A stretch of DNA of 64,000 bases from the IMG/VR virus record IMGVR_UViG_3300046499_000850; one strand, written 5' to 3'. The DNA is from a virus (lineage: Duplodnaviria > Heunggongvirae > Uroviricota > Caudoviricetes). Shown here piece after piece: positions 9,312 to 18,656 of the stretch (its first letter is position 1; the number at the start of each line of letters is the position of its first letter). The notes under the pieces are model-generated. The model did no database searches. It was not told where the DNA came from and saw only the letters and a list, made by a program, of their open reading frames with translations. A program made the position numbers and the translations under genes.

Positions 9312-9884
9312 ATGTCTATTGCCATCTACCGTCACCTGAAGCTCACTGCGGCCATTCCCTTGGAGATTCGGCCCACAGTGTTGAACCACCATCCACGCCG
9401 TTTTCGCTCGTTATGTATCGACCAAGATGATGCTAAAGAGTGGACCACTACCATTGGTTTTAGCCATCTGAGGCGGCAACGCGAACTACGCTTGGTGCAC
9501 AACGAGTTCTGGATCATCAACAATGGTACTTGTACTGTCATGCATCAATGGCTCCGTAACGGCAGTTTGGTCAAACAGGCGTGCCAAGGAAGTGCGTCGG
9601 CGTCAACTTTGGCGTGGACCGAGAACGGTGTTATTATGCCTTTGTATGAGCAGTTTGAAAACGAAATCTCTAGCCAAGTTGTGGCTGAACGTTATCTGCA
9701 CCAGAACGTTCCCAATCCGTACGACTACAAAATCGTGACCGTTGACTTTGACCCAAAAAAGAAACTCCTTGACCGTCCCCAGTATTCGTCTGCCTTAGTA
9801 CGACCGCCAGAAGCGGTGGAGATGGCAGCGAAGCTGGATCGCAGTGAAAGTGCCGAGAAATGGGCTCAGCTATTCTTCGAATGA
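9312..9884 (+). CDS. hypothetical protein (190 aa)
   Basis: ORF track; first gene of an overlapping four-gene run. Confidence 0.7.
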   Translation: MSIAIYRHLKLTAAIPLEIRPTVLNHHPRRFRSLCIDQDDAKEWTTTIGFSHLRRQRELRLVHNEFWIINNGTCTVMHQWLRNGSLVKQACQGSASASTLAWTENGVIMPLYEQFENEISSQVVAERYLHQNVPNPYDYKIVTVDFDPKKKLLDRPQYSSALVRPPEAVEMAAKLDRSESAEKWAQLFFE

Positions 9885-10321
9885 GGGAAGACCTTGCGCC
9901 GCTGTCAGCGGCAGGGCATCATCCCGTCAATGACCAAGTCTTGATCATCGATATCGACGACATCATGCAAACGCTCGACAGGACGTTGAGGTTGTATGGT
10001 GAGCAGCCAGCGTACGATAACATCAACCAAGGCAATGGCATTGTGGCGTTCTTATTTGATATTTACGACCAACTCGGTTACCTGCCCGACGGGAACCGGT
10101 TTGTGACCAAGAACATCCGTGAGGTGTTGGACGCCTTCACCCAGTATTTTGACCGTACCGAGATGTCGTCGTTAGAACGCCAGTGCTGGTATGTCGCCGC
10201 ACAAAAACTGGTGGATCGGTTTGTGGAGTACAAGCTCTACGCCCAAGACGGGATTCATCGGTATAACTTTTACAACTACCACCACGGCACGCTGTATTTG
10301 GTGCGCGACCTCCATGCCTAA
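9881..10321 (+). CDS. hypothetical protein (146 aa)
   Basis: ATGA overlap with the 9884 stop. Confidence 0.65.
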   Translation: MREDLAPLSAAGHHPVNDQVLIIDIDDIMQTLDRTLRLYGEQPAYDNINQGNGIVAFLFDIYDQLGYLPDGNRFVTKNIREVLDAFTQYFDRTEMSSLERQCWYVAAQKLVDRFVEYKLYAQDGIHRYNFYNYHHGTLYLVRDLHA

Positions 10322-10760
10322 TCAACAACAATACACCATTGACGTGTACGAACCGGTCGAGCGCTTTCGCCAATACCACGTACACTACGCGAACCCGGCT
10401 GTCCCGGCACCGTTGCAAGAAGATTACATCAAGATGATGGTCGAACAAATGATCGCCCACTTCGATGTAGAGAATGTAGCGGTGCAGATGTTTGTGGCAC
10501 ACTACACCCAACTCATCACCGACCCAACAGTCTCCCCGCGTTTCAAGTACCATCCGCTCAACTTCTTGCGGCAGATGAGTAATGAAGAGTACCAGCATTA
10601 TGTCTACTGCTTGTACGGGTTTGCAGAAGACATGTTCAAACTCTTCCAATCGCACCGGCTGTATACCAGCAACGGATTTTTGATCGCAGGGTATGAGAAC
10701 CTGATCCAGGATACGCTCTACCTTGTCATTCGTCCGGAGGTACCCGATGTCTTTCATTGA
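10314..10760 (+). CDS. hypothetical protein (148 aa)
   Basis: ATG 10314 (MPNQQQY) overlaps the upstream stop. Confidence 0.65.
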   Translation: MPNQQQYTIDVYEPVERFRQYHVHYANPAVPAPLQEDYIKMMVEQMIAHFDVENVAVQMFVAHYTQLITDPTVSPRFKYHPLNFLRQMSNEEYQHYVYCLYGFAEDMFKLFQSHRLYTSNGFLIAGYENLIQDTLYLVIRPEVPDVFH

Positions 10761-11247
10761 TGACCGCAGTAACTTCAAACCAGAACCCCTGTACGACGGC
10801 AACTACTATTTAGTCGATTGCTTGGACCCCATCGCTGAATTTCTACAAGTGCCCGAATCTGTCCGCATGCACATGGCCTCGGAAAGCAACGAGTGTAGTG
10901 GGTACGATATGGTGGACGTCGAACTGACGGAAGTCGTGGAGAATCTGACGTTCGGTAATCTTAGTAGCGCATTAGAGCGTCACACGGAAGAACTTCTTGA
11001 CGAAGGGTTGGATTACCTGCGTCACGAAGCCAAAGAACTGGGGATTCCTGAAGAGGATCTACCCGTGCACAATAGTGCCATCCAACGGGCACATGCCGAT
11101 GCGGTAATGCGCCTAGGAGACCAGATGGCTAAGATCCTCAAGCAATTCGGCTTCTACGATGGCCATGGTCACTTGACGGTGGATTACCACGGATTACTTC
11201 CCAACGGTTTGGTGGTGTTTCGTAAGAGCGAACGTGGCTTTAATTGA
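10747..11247 (+). CDS. hypothetical acidic protein (166 aa)
   Basis: GGAGG RBS before ATG 10747 (MSFIDD). Confidence 0.7.
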   Translation: MSFIDDRSNFKPEPLYDGNYYLVDCLDPIAEFLQVPESVRMHMASESNECSGYDMVDVELTEVVENLTFGNLSSALERHTEELLDEGLDYLRHEAKELGIPEEDLPVHNSAIQRAHADAVMRLGDQMAKILKQFGFYDGHGHLTVDYHGLLPNGLVVFRKSERGFN

Positions 11248-11255
11248 TACCATTG

Positions 11256-11259
11256 TATG
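11256..11259 (+). promoter_or_regulatory. candidate phiKZ-type late promoter (TATG) at the 5' end of the putative ncRNA
   Basis: TATG directly after the 11247 stop; phiKZ non-virion RNAP late promoters have a TATG consensus at the start site; a 4-mer alone is weak evidence. Confidence 0.3.
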
Positions 11260-11640
11260 TAACGATATCACCCCAACGTAACTCACCGTGTCGCGTTGAG
11301 GGGAGAAGGTGTGACCAGGGAACTACAACAGAGGTAACTTCGGGAGAACTCACCTGCTGCGGCGGGGTTGGGCGATGGTCACGAACGGTACGGGTAGCGA
11401 GGACTACCAAGCTGTCATGAGGGATTTTCGGTCGAGCGTTACCGCGCGATTATCCGAGTGTGCAACCGCCAGAGGACTTGTTCTAAGAATAGGTTCTGTG
11501 GTGGGTGCATAGGGTTCATGTCTCTGTGTGCTTCTTCTTTCGCGGTGTGGGTTAGCCGGGTTTGTTGAGTTTTGTGCATGAATGCTGATTTCCTTAGTTT
11601 GACTTCCGCTCAGGTGCCTTCGGGCATCTGAGCCTTTTTT
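11259..11640 (+). ncRNA. putative ~380 nt structured non-coding RNA
   Basis: ORF-free, G/U-rich; helices visible by eye: CCCCAACG/CGTTG-A-GGG, GTGACC/GGTCAC, GGTAG/CTACC, CGGTA/TACCG, long imperfect stem ~11460-11510, TTCATG/CATGAA; ends in a UUCG terminator. Confidence 0.55.
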
Positions 11641-11648
11641 ATGCCGTC
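11608..11648 (+). terminator. strong intrinsic terminator + TATGCCGTC
   Basis: GCTCAGGTGCC-TTCG-GGCATCTGAGC-CTTTTTT-ATGCCGTC. Confidence 0.85.
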
Positions 11649-11708
11649 ACTTCTTTTTTTTTTGGTTAATTGTTATGAAGCGTTCGTTTCTATTAACCTG
11701 AAAGAGAC

Positions 11709-13184
11709 ATGATGAGAAAATTTTCCTATAAAGCGCCGGGAGTGCAAGCTTCTGTACCGGTACAGCTCTCCGTCGAAGAGGAAGCCATCGCAATCGATGA
11801 GAGCAACCAAACAGAACACGAGATCGAAGAGGAATCGGCGGACATCGATCAACTCGGCGACATTATCGTGACCATGGGTGACGTCCAAACCGTGGTCAGC
11901 AACACGCCGGAAATCCAACCAATCGACCAAGCCTTGGTGTCGGCGGTGGCTGATATGGCGGTGGCGGGCACAGACGCGAACCCAGAAGAACTGGTAACCG
12001 ATGTGCTGCCGAATAATGGCGTGAGCGCAGAAGGTTTCATCGATACGGTTTCCGCCAAACTCAAAGAGATCTGGAAGAAGATCAAAGAGCTGATTTCCAA
12101 GGCGTGGGAGAACATCAAACAGTTCTTCGGCTTTAACAAAACCAAACTCCAGGAAGCTGAGAAGAAGCTGGAGAAGGCAAAAGAGCAGTACGCTGAAGTC
12201 CAAAAAGCGCTCGAAGAAGACCCGGTCATCCAAGCTTACGTGGAACGCGATGGTATCACGCGAGCAGGTGACCACGTCATCACGAAACAGCAAGTTGAGG
12301 AGGCTAAAGCACGTCAAGAGCCCCAACAGCCGCCCGAAGCCAAGAAACCCAAACAGCCGCGTCCACCCCGTCGTATCGATTTCTGGGGCACGGCCGGCAA
12401 TCTCTCGATTGACGGCAAACTCGTCGAGCCGGAAAAGCTGGCGGGCGAAATCCGTCGTCTGACCGACGCTGTAGAGAAAGGTGTCTCGAAGATGCACGCC
12501 GGGTGGCCACAACTGTACGACAATGTCAAGCACAGTGCTGAATCCATGCACCGCTCGCTGAATGGCCAGCAATCGCAAGAAACCTACGACAGTTTCATGA
12601 AAACCTACAAAGAAGGCGGCGCCAAACAGAGTCAGATCTACGACAAGATCGTCCAATACGGCGGCTTCCAGCGAGAAGGTTCGGAAAAACACATGTTGGC
12701 TGACTTCGCGTTGCTCTACACATCGAAAGATTCGCATAGCAGTAACTGGAACGATTTCGATCTGTGGGTGGATATGGCCGGCAACGGCTACAACAATGTC
12801 CGCGCTGATGGCATTCGCGAAATCCCGCTCGACAATCTGCCGGAAGTGTTCGCTGCAGTCGATGCTGCTTTCGACGTCATTCGGAAGCTGGAGAAGGACA
12901 TGGGCTCCGACATGTCGATGAATAGTCACCGGAAGGCTGTTGAAGATGCGATGAATCGCCTGAGTGAATCCAAGCCCACCGCCCAAGACATCAAGAACGA
13001 ACCTGATGCACTGAAAGGTCTCAGCATGAGCGTGCTCACGGGCGCTGTGCAACAGATGGGTTTCTCGGTGTTCAACATGGCCAAGATCGGTCAAGCCATG
13101 GCCAAGGCCACGCTGGTGCTGACCAAGGTGGCTGATACCGCGTGCATGTACGCTGAACGTTCGCTCCGCCCGGCTTCGGAGTAA
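11709..13184 (+). CDS. phiKZ-like internal head (inner body/ejection-type) protein, 491 aa
   Basis: Acidic propeptide, SAE-G protease-type site, then amphipathic KLKEIWKKIKELISKAWENIKQFF; N-terminus paralogous to 61504..62916. Confidence 0.65.
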   Translation: MMRKFSYKAPGVQASVPVQLSVEEEAIAIDESNQTEHEIEEESADIDQLGDIIVTMGDVQTVVSNTPEIQPIDQALVSAVADMAVAGTDANPEELVTDVLPNNGVSAEGFIDTVSAKLKEIWKKIKELISKAWENIKQFFGFNKTKLQEAEKKLEKAKEQYAEVQKALEEDPVIQAYVERDGITRAGDHVITKQQVEEAKARQEPQQPPEAKKPKQPRPPRRIDFWGTAGNLSIDGKLVEPEKLAGEIRRLTDAVEKGVSKMHAGWPQLYDNVKHSAESMHRSLNGQQSQETYDSFMKTYKEGGAKQSQIYDKIVQYGGFQREGSEKHMLADFALLYTSKDSHSSNWNDFDLWVDMAGNGYNNVRADGIREIPLDNLPEVFAAVDAAFDVIRKLEKDMGSDMSMNSHRKAVEDAMNRLSESKPTAQDIKNEPDALKGLSMSVLTGAVQQMGFSVFNMAKIGQAMAKATLVLTKVADTACMYAERSLRPASE

Positions 13185-13194
13185 GGGCACAGAT

Positions 13195-13232
13195 CTCCCG
13201 CTACCCTTCGGGGTAGCGGGAGCTATGACGTC
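13195..13232. terminator. bidirectional palindromic terminator between convergent genes
   Basis: CTCCCGCTACCC-TTCG-GGGTAGCGGGAG + CTATGACGTC. Confidence 0.75.
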
Positions 13233-13588
13233 TATTTCTTTTTTGGCCATTCCGGTAAGGGAACAGTCTTGCCTGCCAGATGGTGCGGGCTATCCGTGCA
13301 GTACTCGATGTTGCCTTCCCGCAGGAAGTAGTGGCAACTCGTGTAGTTCACTGGATGAACACGTTCTTCTGGGGTGCGTGGGATGTTGGTCATCTTGCGC
13401 ATCGACGGGTTGAACGTGGGTTTTTGGTAATCGTGGTTGAAGACCCACCCCACCGTAGTGCCTGTCACTGCGAATTGGTGAATATCGTCGCAGGCTGGGC
13501 ACAGGTGGTAGTAGTACCAACACCGGTTATGGTCATTGAAAAAGCGCCGCAGGTATGGACCTGCTTGTTCCATGTCTTCAAACAACAT
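13232..13588 (-). CDS. Cys/His-rich putative metal-binding protein (DUF6527-like)
   Basis: CPACDDIH...W.FN.D..KPTFNPS...SCHYF...G.IEY..D..H.LAGKTV.LP pattern, recalled as DUF6527. Confidence 0.55.
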   Translation of the reverse strand: MLFEDMEQAGPYLRRFFNDHNRCWYYYHLCPACDDIHQFAVTGTTVGWVFNHDYQKPTFNPSMRKMTNIPRTPEERVHPVNYTSCHYFLREGNIEYCTDSPHHLAGKTVPLPEWPKKK

Positions 13589-13607
13589 CTCTCTACTCCC
13601 TGAAACA

Positions 13608-14084
13608 TCACCAGCGCAGATAGACCGGCAGACTTTCCTGACTGACGGTCGCTTTCTCCTTTACATACCAATGGCCTGGATACCCTTCGTAATCTTTCCG
13701 TTTGGATTTGACAAACCCCAAACTGGTAAAGAGTGCGATGGACTTGGTATTGCCGTCTTCAATCCAAGACAAGGCATGCGAATAGCGATCGAAGTATTCC
13801 TTCAACACTTTTCCCATGATCCCCTTGCCTTGGTGTTTCGGTACGACGAAACAGGCGCCGCATCGCCAGTACCGTTGGTTACCCCACATTTGCGACTTCG
13901 GACAATAGAAGCCGACAGGCTCTTCACCCAACAGAATCACCACCACCGTGGGCTTTTGCGGTACCGTCTCATGTTCATTTGGACTCAAGTAGCGGTCTTG
14001 CGACGCTTGGCTGAGGACGTCCTGAAAGAGACGGGTTTGGTGACTGGTGAGTTTACTTAACTCCCGGGTCTTGATCTGGTCCAT
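13608..14084 (-). CDS. GNAT-family acetyltransferase
   Basis: Motif A FVVPKHQGKGIMGKVL; motif B NTKSIALFTSLGF. Confidence 0.8.
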   Translation of the reverse strand: MDQIKTRELSKLTSHQTRLFQDVLSQASQDRYLSPNEHETVPQKPTVVVILLGEEPVGFYCPKSQMWGNQRYWRCGACFVVPKHQGKGIMGKVLKEYFDRYSHALSWIEDGNTKSIALFTSLGFVKSKRKDYEGYPGHWYVKEKATVSQESLPVYLRW

Positions 14085-14087
14085 ACA

Positions 14088-16130
14088 TCACCAGCGCATC
14101 GACACAGGTTTGAGGACTTCGGGTTCGATGAGTTCCTTGAACACCTCATCGGTGAACCAAGGCATCGGGATATGGAAACTTTCGCTCGCCAACGTGGCTT
14201 CGTCCGCCATCGGTAGTCCGAGAATTTCCGCCACCTGCTTACGACTCCATTCCAGAATATCGTCGGAGCGGGTCGAGAGGTTTGGTTCGCCGTCAGTCTC
14301 CAGCACTGCGGTCACAAACTGCACCGGACCATCTTGCCCCACACGGTCGATCCGGGCTTCGGCTTGATCGAGTTCACCCGAACGGAACGGACGGTTCATC
14401 ATCATGGCGGTCGAGGCCATGATCAGCGGCACGGCGGTCGAGAGCGACTGGAACGTGGCGATCAGGGGATTGGCGTCTTGGTCTTGCTCGAAGACCTTGA
14501 CGATGTTGGCCAGATCGTGGTTAGTGGCCCCATACACGCGCAGCGGCTTGTAACCCTTCTCACTCAGGTTTGCGTAGATGTTGTCAACCACTTCGATATA
14601 GCTCGTGAAGATCACGGTCTTTTTGCGGGCACTGTCGATGATCGGCTCGAACTCCACGTGGCTGGCCAGTTCCAGATTACACTGCATGCGGCGTTTGCCG
14701 AGGATACGACCGAGGGCTTCGCCTTGCACTTTCAGGTTGTAGTACTTGACCACCGACTTGGCGTTGCGAAACTCGTCTTTGAGCGGCTGGTGCAGATGCG
14801 CGATGATTTCTTTCTCGTAGCGGTTACAGAACTTCGATTCTTCTTTCATCGTTTCCGGGTCGTACTGGGTTCGGATCATGCGCACATAGCGTTGGTAGGT
14901 CTCTAACTGTTGGCGCTTTTGTGGATTGTTGCCGACCACGCGGGTCCATTCACGCATTCCCAAGTCATACTGGGCTTCGTACTTGGAGAAGTTCAAGCGG
15001 TAGTATTCCATCCGCTCCTCCACATACTCCCGCATCTCTTTCGAGACCGCTTCCAGCGTGTACTGACGGCCGTTGGGGGTGGCGACCTTCAGATCGATCC
15101 GCTCGACTTCACTGGTCATCACGTTGGCCTTGGCGACCTTGTGCATCACCATTCCCAGCCGGTTGGCGATGATGTCCAAGCCTTTCGAACTGGCTTTACC
15201 AAAGATCGCGATGAAGCGCTCTTCGGCGTTCTTGTCAAAGAACGGGTCGATGGTGCGCATCAGCGGCACGACTTCCTTGCCGATCGCCTTGACGGGCGTG
15301 CCGGACATCCACAGCACGTGTTGCGCAGCCAGCACTTTACACAGGTCGGTAAAGAGGTTGGTGCGCAGTGAATCGATGTCGTTCATGTTGTGGCATTCGT
15401 CCAGAATCACCATGGGCTTACGCCCGTGGTACTTCTTGAAGAACTCAACGGCGCGCTCCAGTTGTTCATAGTGGAACACGTAAAACTGTTTGCCGCCCAC
15501 CAGCGGTTCTTCACTCGACGACGACCAGTAACTTACCGGTGTTTTGAAGAGGGTTTCCAGCGTGGCGGTCCAGACCCGGTCGAGTGCGTTCTTCGGTGAG
15601 ATGATCACCACGCAATCCGAGTGCAGGCAAGTGGCCAACGCCAAGCTGTTAATGGTCTTGCCAGTCCCTGGATCAGCCGCCAGCAAATACCCGTTCAGAT
15701 TGAGCTGCGGAACTTTCTCATTGTAGATCTCCAGAAAGCCGAGCTGGGTGTCGAACAGCTTTTTGGTGAGCTTGTCGAGCTGACTGAAGTCCAGGATATT
15801 CGGGAAGCGCTCTGTGGTGCGTTTAAACCATGTTTCCCGGCGTAATTCCTCTACCGCCCTACGGATGGCGCGGTAATTGAAGGAATGTCCCTTAGGCGAT
15901 TCTAAGATGCCTTCCAGAGTGTAGATCACTTCGGGCAAAAAGAACTTGTGGAACACGACGTACGAACTCGTGACCTTGCTAAACATGTTCAAACCGATCT
16001 TGGACGTCTTCCAGATGCGGGCCAAGTCGTTCATGTACTGGTAAGTCGGTAGCCCTTCGATCCGGATGAAGTTGCCGTCTTCGACAACGTGGATGTTGCC
16101 AATCATTTTTCGCAAGCTACTTAACAGCAT
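14088..16130 (-). CDS. SF2 (SNF2-like) helicase, 680 aa
   Basis: Walker A ADPGTGKT, DECH box, MSGTP motif III, QAEARIDRVGQ motif VI; start at MLLSSLRK after a GGCGGA RBS. Confidence 0.88.
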   Translation of the reverse strand: MLLSSLRKMIGNIHVVEDGNFIRIEGLPTYQYMNDLARIWKTSKIGLNMFSKVTSSYVVFHKFFLPEVIYTLEGILESPKGHSFNYRAIRRAVEELRRETWFKRTTERFPNILDFSQLDKLTKKLFDTQLGFLEIYNEKVPQLNLNGYLLAADPGTGKTINSLALATCLHSDCVVIISPKNALDRVWTATLETLFKTPVSYWSSSSEEPLVGGKQFYVFHYEQLERAVEFFKKYHGRKPMVILDECHNMNDIDSLRTNLFTDLCKVLAAQHVLWMSGTPVKAIGKEVVPLMRTIDPFFDKNAEERFIAIFGKASSKGLDIIANRLGMVMHKVAKANVMTSEVERIDLKVATPNGRQYTLEAVSKEMREYVEERMEYYRLNFSKYEAQYDLGMREWTRVVGNNPQKRQQLETYQRYVRMIRTQYDPETMKEESKFCNRYEKEIIAHLHQPLKDEFRNAKSVVKYYNLKVQGEALGRILGKRRMQCNLELASHVEFEPIIDSARKKTVIFTSYIEVVDNIYANLSEKGYKPLRVYGATNHDLANIVKVFEQDQDANPLIATFQSLSTAVPLIMASTAMMMNRPFRSGELDQAEARIDRVGQDGPVQFVTAVLETDGEPNLSTRSDDILEWSRKQVAEILGLPMADEATLASESFHIPMPWFTDEVFKELIEPEVLKPVSMRW

Positions 16131-16194
16131 GTCGATTCCGCCTATGGGAGATTTGTTAGAATAATCGGAGTGACATAATCCATCCACTCTCTAG

Positions 16195-16228
16195 CCACAG
16201 GATAGGCTAGAGAGTGGTAGGGTGCTTT
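16195..16228 (-). terminator. hairpin downstream of the DnaB-like gene
   Basis: CCACTCTCTAGCC...GGCTAGAGAGTGG; minus-strand TATGTCAC follows. Confidence 0.6.
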
Positions 16229-16237
16229 TAGCTAGAA

Positions 16238-17803
16238 TTACAAGATGTCGCCGTCAAACGACCAAACAGGGTTTTCACGCGGGGAACCAATCGGGCCAGC
16301 GCCCGGCTTACGCAGACCCGTATCCGGGCCATCCACGTCATCCAGCAGATTGCCCACTTCATGTAGCGGCCAAGCGCAATAGCGGTCAATCATCGGGGTC
16401 TGACGGGTCTTACGGTGTTTACCCCGTTGCAGGGTCAAGTACGGTTTGCCGTTCACATACTCGATGTGTTGGAACAGTTCCAAATCGACTTCTTGGTCCA
16501 GACGTTGCGAGCCGTCGTAATAGCCTTTACCTGGCAAGATCTTGACGAAGTTGTTTTGACCGTCCCGGTACAACTTCTTGGCATCCGACGAGAGCTGGTG
16601 CGGGGTGATGAACAGGATGTGGCGCGGCGCGCAGAAGTTACGGATACGACGGAACATGTCCCGGATATCCGAACCAGCCGTGGTCATGATACAACCCGTG
16701 GTCGGCAGCATCGCCAAGTAATCGACAAACAACGCGATCACTTCGAACCCTTCGGACTCCAACTGCAATACTTTGTTTTGCACATCCAGATAGGTCCACT
16801 CCGACGGATTGACGCGCATCATGCGGATATGGAAACCCGTGGCCGTCATCCGAGGGATGAAATACGCCGCCAGTTCTTCATCGCTCAGGATCGTCAGATC
16901 CGGTAGGGCTTTGATCTTGTCGTGCTTGTGTTCGTTGCAGTAGAACTGCTCGTACAAGAATTGGAAGTTCTCACGCAGGCTATCTTCCAACGAGATCCGC
17001 AGCAGCAACGGTTTCTTGGTCGGGTCGCGCAGCACCGGGGTGTTGTACACCGCGATATGGCGAAAGTCCGTGAGGTTACCGCCAGTCTTGAAGTTGTGTG
17101 GTAACGCCGCTGGGCCGATCACCGCTTCACCGCGACGGTAGCCACCGTCAAGCATGCGGTTCTTGCCTTGCAAGCCGAGTTGCAAAATTGTGTTGCCTTC
17201 CTCGTTTTCTTTCACCGACTGGAACACTTCCCGCACTTCTTCTGGTTTACTAAAGTCGACTTCGTTCACCACGGCCGGGTCCTTCTCCAGCATGTTGGTG
17301 GTGTACGGTTCCAGCTTCTCGCGCAGTTCCATGGCGAAGGTGTTCATCGACTGGATCTTCGACTTGTTGAACTTGACCTTGCTGAACGCATCGACGATGA
17401 TGCGCTCGACTTCTTTGCTGCGGAAATAATTACGAATCTGACTACGTAAGTTGAGGCACGTGCGTTTCAGTGCGTTCTCCGACAACTCTGGCATGATGCC
17501 GCCTTGCAACGCTTCGTAGGTGATGTCGTCGTCACCGCAGTTCATCTTCAGGCGTTGCAGCAGTTCATTCGGTTCGTATTGATGGTCATACGGCAGACAC
17601 GCCATGTAGTAGGCGGTGTCTTTTAAATTCATCAACACTTCGGTCGAGCGATCGCGAATATCCCGGCCAAGACTCATCTCCGGCGCCTTGGTTTCTTCGA
17701 CGACTTTCAGTACATCTTCTGCTGCGTTATTGGTATGACCAACTTGCTGGCTTTCACGGTAAAGAAGTGTGATCGAATTGACCAACAAAAGTTTAGTGTC
17801 CAT
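16238..17803 (-). CDS. dnaB: DnaB-like replicative helicase (phiKZ gp118-like)
   Basis: Degenerate Walker A (ALPHNFKTGG), LLRISLED, FVDYL Walker B, FITPHQLS, LTLQRGKHR; lies upstream of the capsid gene as in phiKZ-like phages. Confidence 0.8.
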   Translation of the reverse strand: MDTKLLLVNSITLLYRESQQVGHTNNAAEDVLKVVEETKAPEMSLGRDIRDRSTEVLMNLKDTAYYMACLPYDHQYEPNELLQRLKMNCGDDDITYEALQGGIMPELSENALKRTCLNLRSQIRNYFRSKEVERIIVDAFSKVKFNKSKIQSMNTFAMELREKLEPYTTNMLEKDPAVVNEVDFSKPEEVREVFQSVKENEEGNTILQLGLQGKNRMLDGGYRRGEAVIGPAALPHNFKTGGNLTDFRHIAVYNTPVLRDPTKKPLLLRISLEDSLRENFQFLYEQFYCNEHKHDKIKALPDLTILSDEELAAYFIPRMTATGFHIRMMRVNPSEWTYLDVQNKVLQLESEGFEVIALFVDYLAMLPTTGCIMTTAGSDIRDMFRRIRNFCAPRHILFITPHQLSSDAKKLYRDGQNNFVKILPGKGYYDGSQRLDQEVDLELFQHIEYVNGKPYLTLQRGKHRKTRQTPMIDRYCAWPLHEVGNLLDDVDGPDTGLRKPGAGPIGSPRENPVWSFDGDIL

Positions 17804-17927
17804 GATGTTTTTTCTGGTTAGTTCGACGCGTGATGCGTTAGTAGTTATTCTTCTATGAGAGTCTTTAGTTCTTCATACTAAAGGACTCGTCCGTTTTTTT
17901 AAATCTGGGTTTCCCAAGGAGTTCTCA

Positions 17928-18554
17928 ATGGTGGAACAAAAGAAAGACGTTGTCTTCGTTCCGTACTGGATCGCCCGTGCGCTGGAGCTGAACAACTTGC
18001 CATTGTCCACGATTCTGGACTACCGCAAGATGGCACAGTACGTGAGCGCCCAAGAGCAAGGCAACATGCTGTTGTTCGAAGACTTCAATCCGTTCAAGAC
18101 CAAGGTGGTGGGCGATCGCCACACGCCGACGTACGGACTTGAAGTGGTAGCGGGTGAAACCAGCATCACTGAACACGCATTTACATCCCCACTGTATGAA
18201 GCGTGGCGTAAATGCGTGTCCGGTTCTTCGGATGCAAATGATAATAAGCTGTTCAAAAATTTGGAAGTCATGAACTCGTTGTCATGGAACCAGATGGCTG
18301 AGCAGGAAGTGGCAATGCGGTTTGACCCGGCCAATGCTGGACGTATCGCGCATAACCACCCCTTTATTACCTATGACGTGGAGCGTGAGTTCTTAATCGT
18401 CGTTGTGTATCCGGCATTCTTTGAGAGTGCCTCGTATGCAGACAATGTTGTCAGCCTTTGCAAAGAGGTGTTGAAAGTATTGTATGTGTACAACACGCCC
18501 GCATCGGGGTGCAAGACACCCTACTTCCGGAAGTACCTTGAATCGTTAGCTTAA
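17928..18554 (+). CDS. conserved phiKZ-like hypothetical protein (gp119 position)
   Basis: AAGGAG RBS; lies between the helicase and the capsid gene. Confidence 0.7.
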   Translation: MVEQKKDVVFVPYWIARALELNNLPLSTILDYRKMAQYVSAQEQGNMLLFEDFNPFKTKVVGDRHTPTYGLEVVAGETSITEHAFTSPLYEAWRKCVSGSSDANDNKLFKNLEVMNSLSWNQMAEQEVAMRFDPANAGRIAHNHPFITYDVEREFLIVVVYPAFFESASYADNVVSLCKEVLKVLYVYNTPASGCKTPYFRKYLESLA

Positions 18555-18656
18555 TTATTCTCTGACTAGTTCGGTAAATAATTACTAATAGTTTGAGCTG
18601 AATAAGCCCCAAAGCAAATTCTTTCCCTTACTCCTGATAAAGGATTGGTTACAACC

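Noticed and set aside
11331-11351. rRNA gene fragment
   Set aside because: Similarity is limited to the ~15-25 nt H62 module; the flanks do not continue as 23S rRNA
11549-11566. Minus-strand ACAAACCCGGCTAAC resembling the RNase P RNA 3' conserved region
   Set aside because: No GAGGAAAGTCC-like 5' partner upstream on that strand (the only candidate lies downstream), and the G/U bias favours a plus-strand RNA
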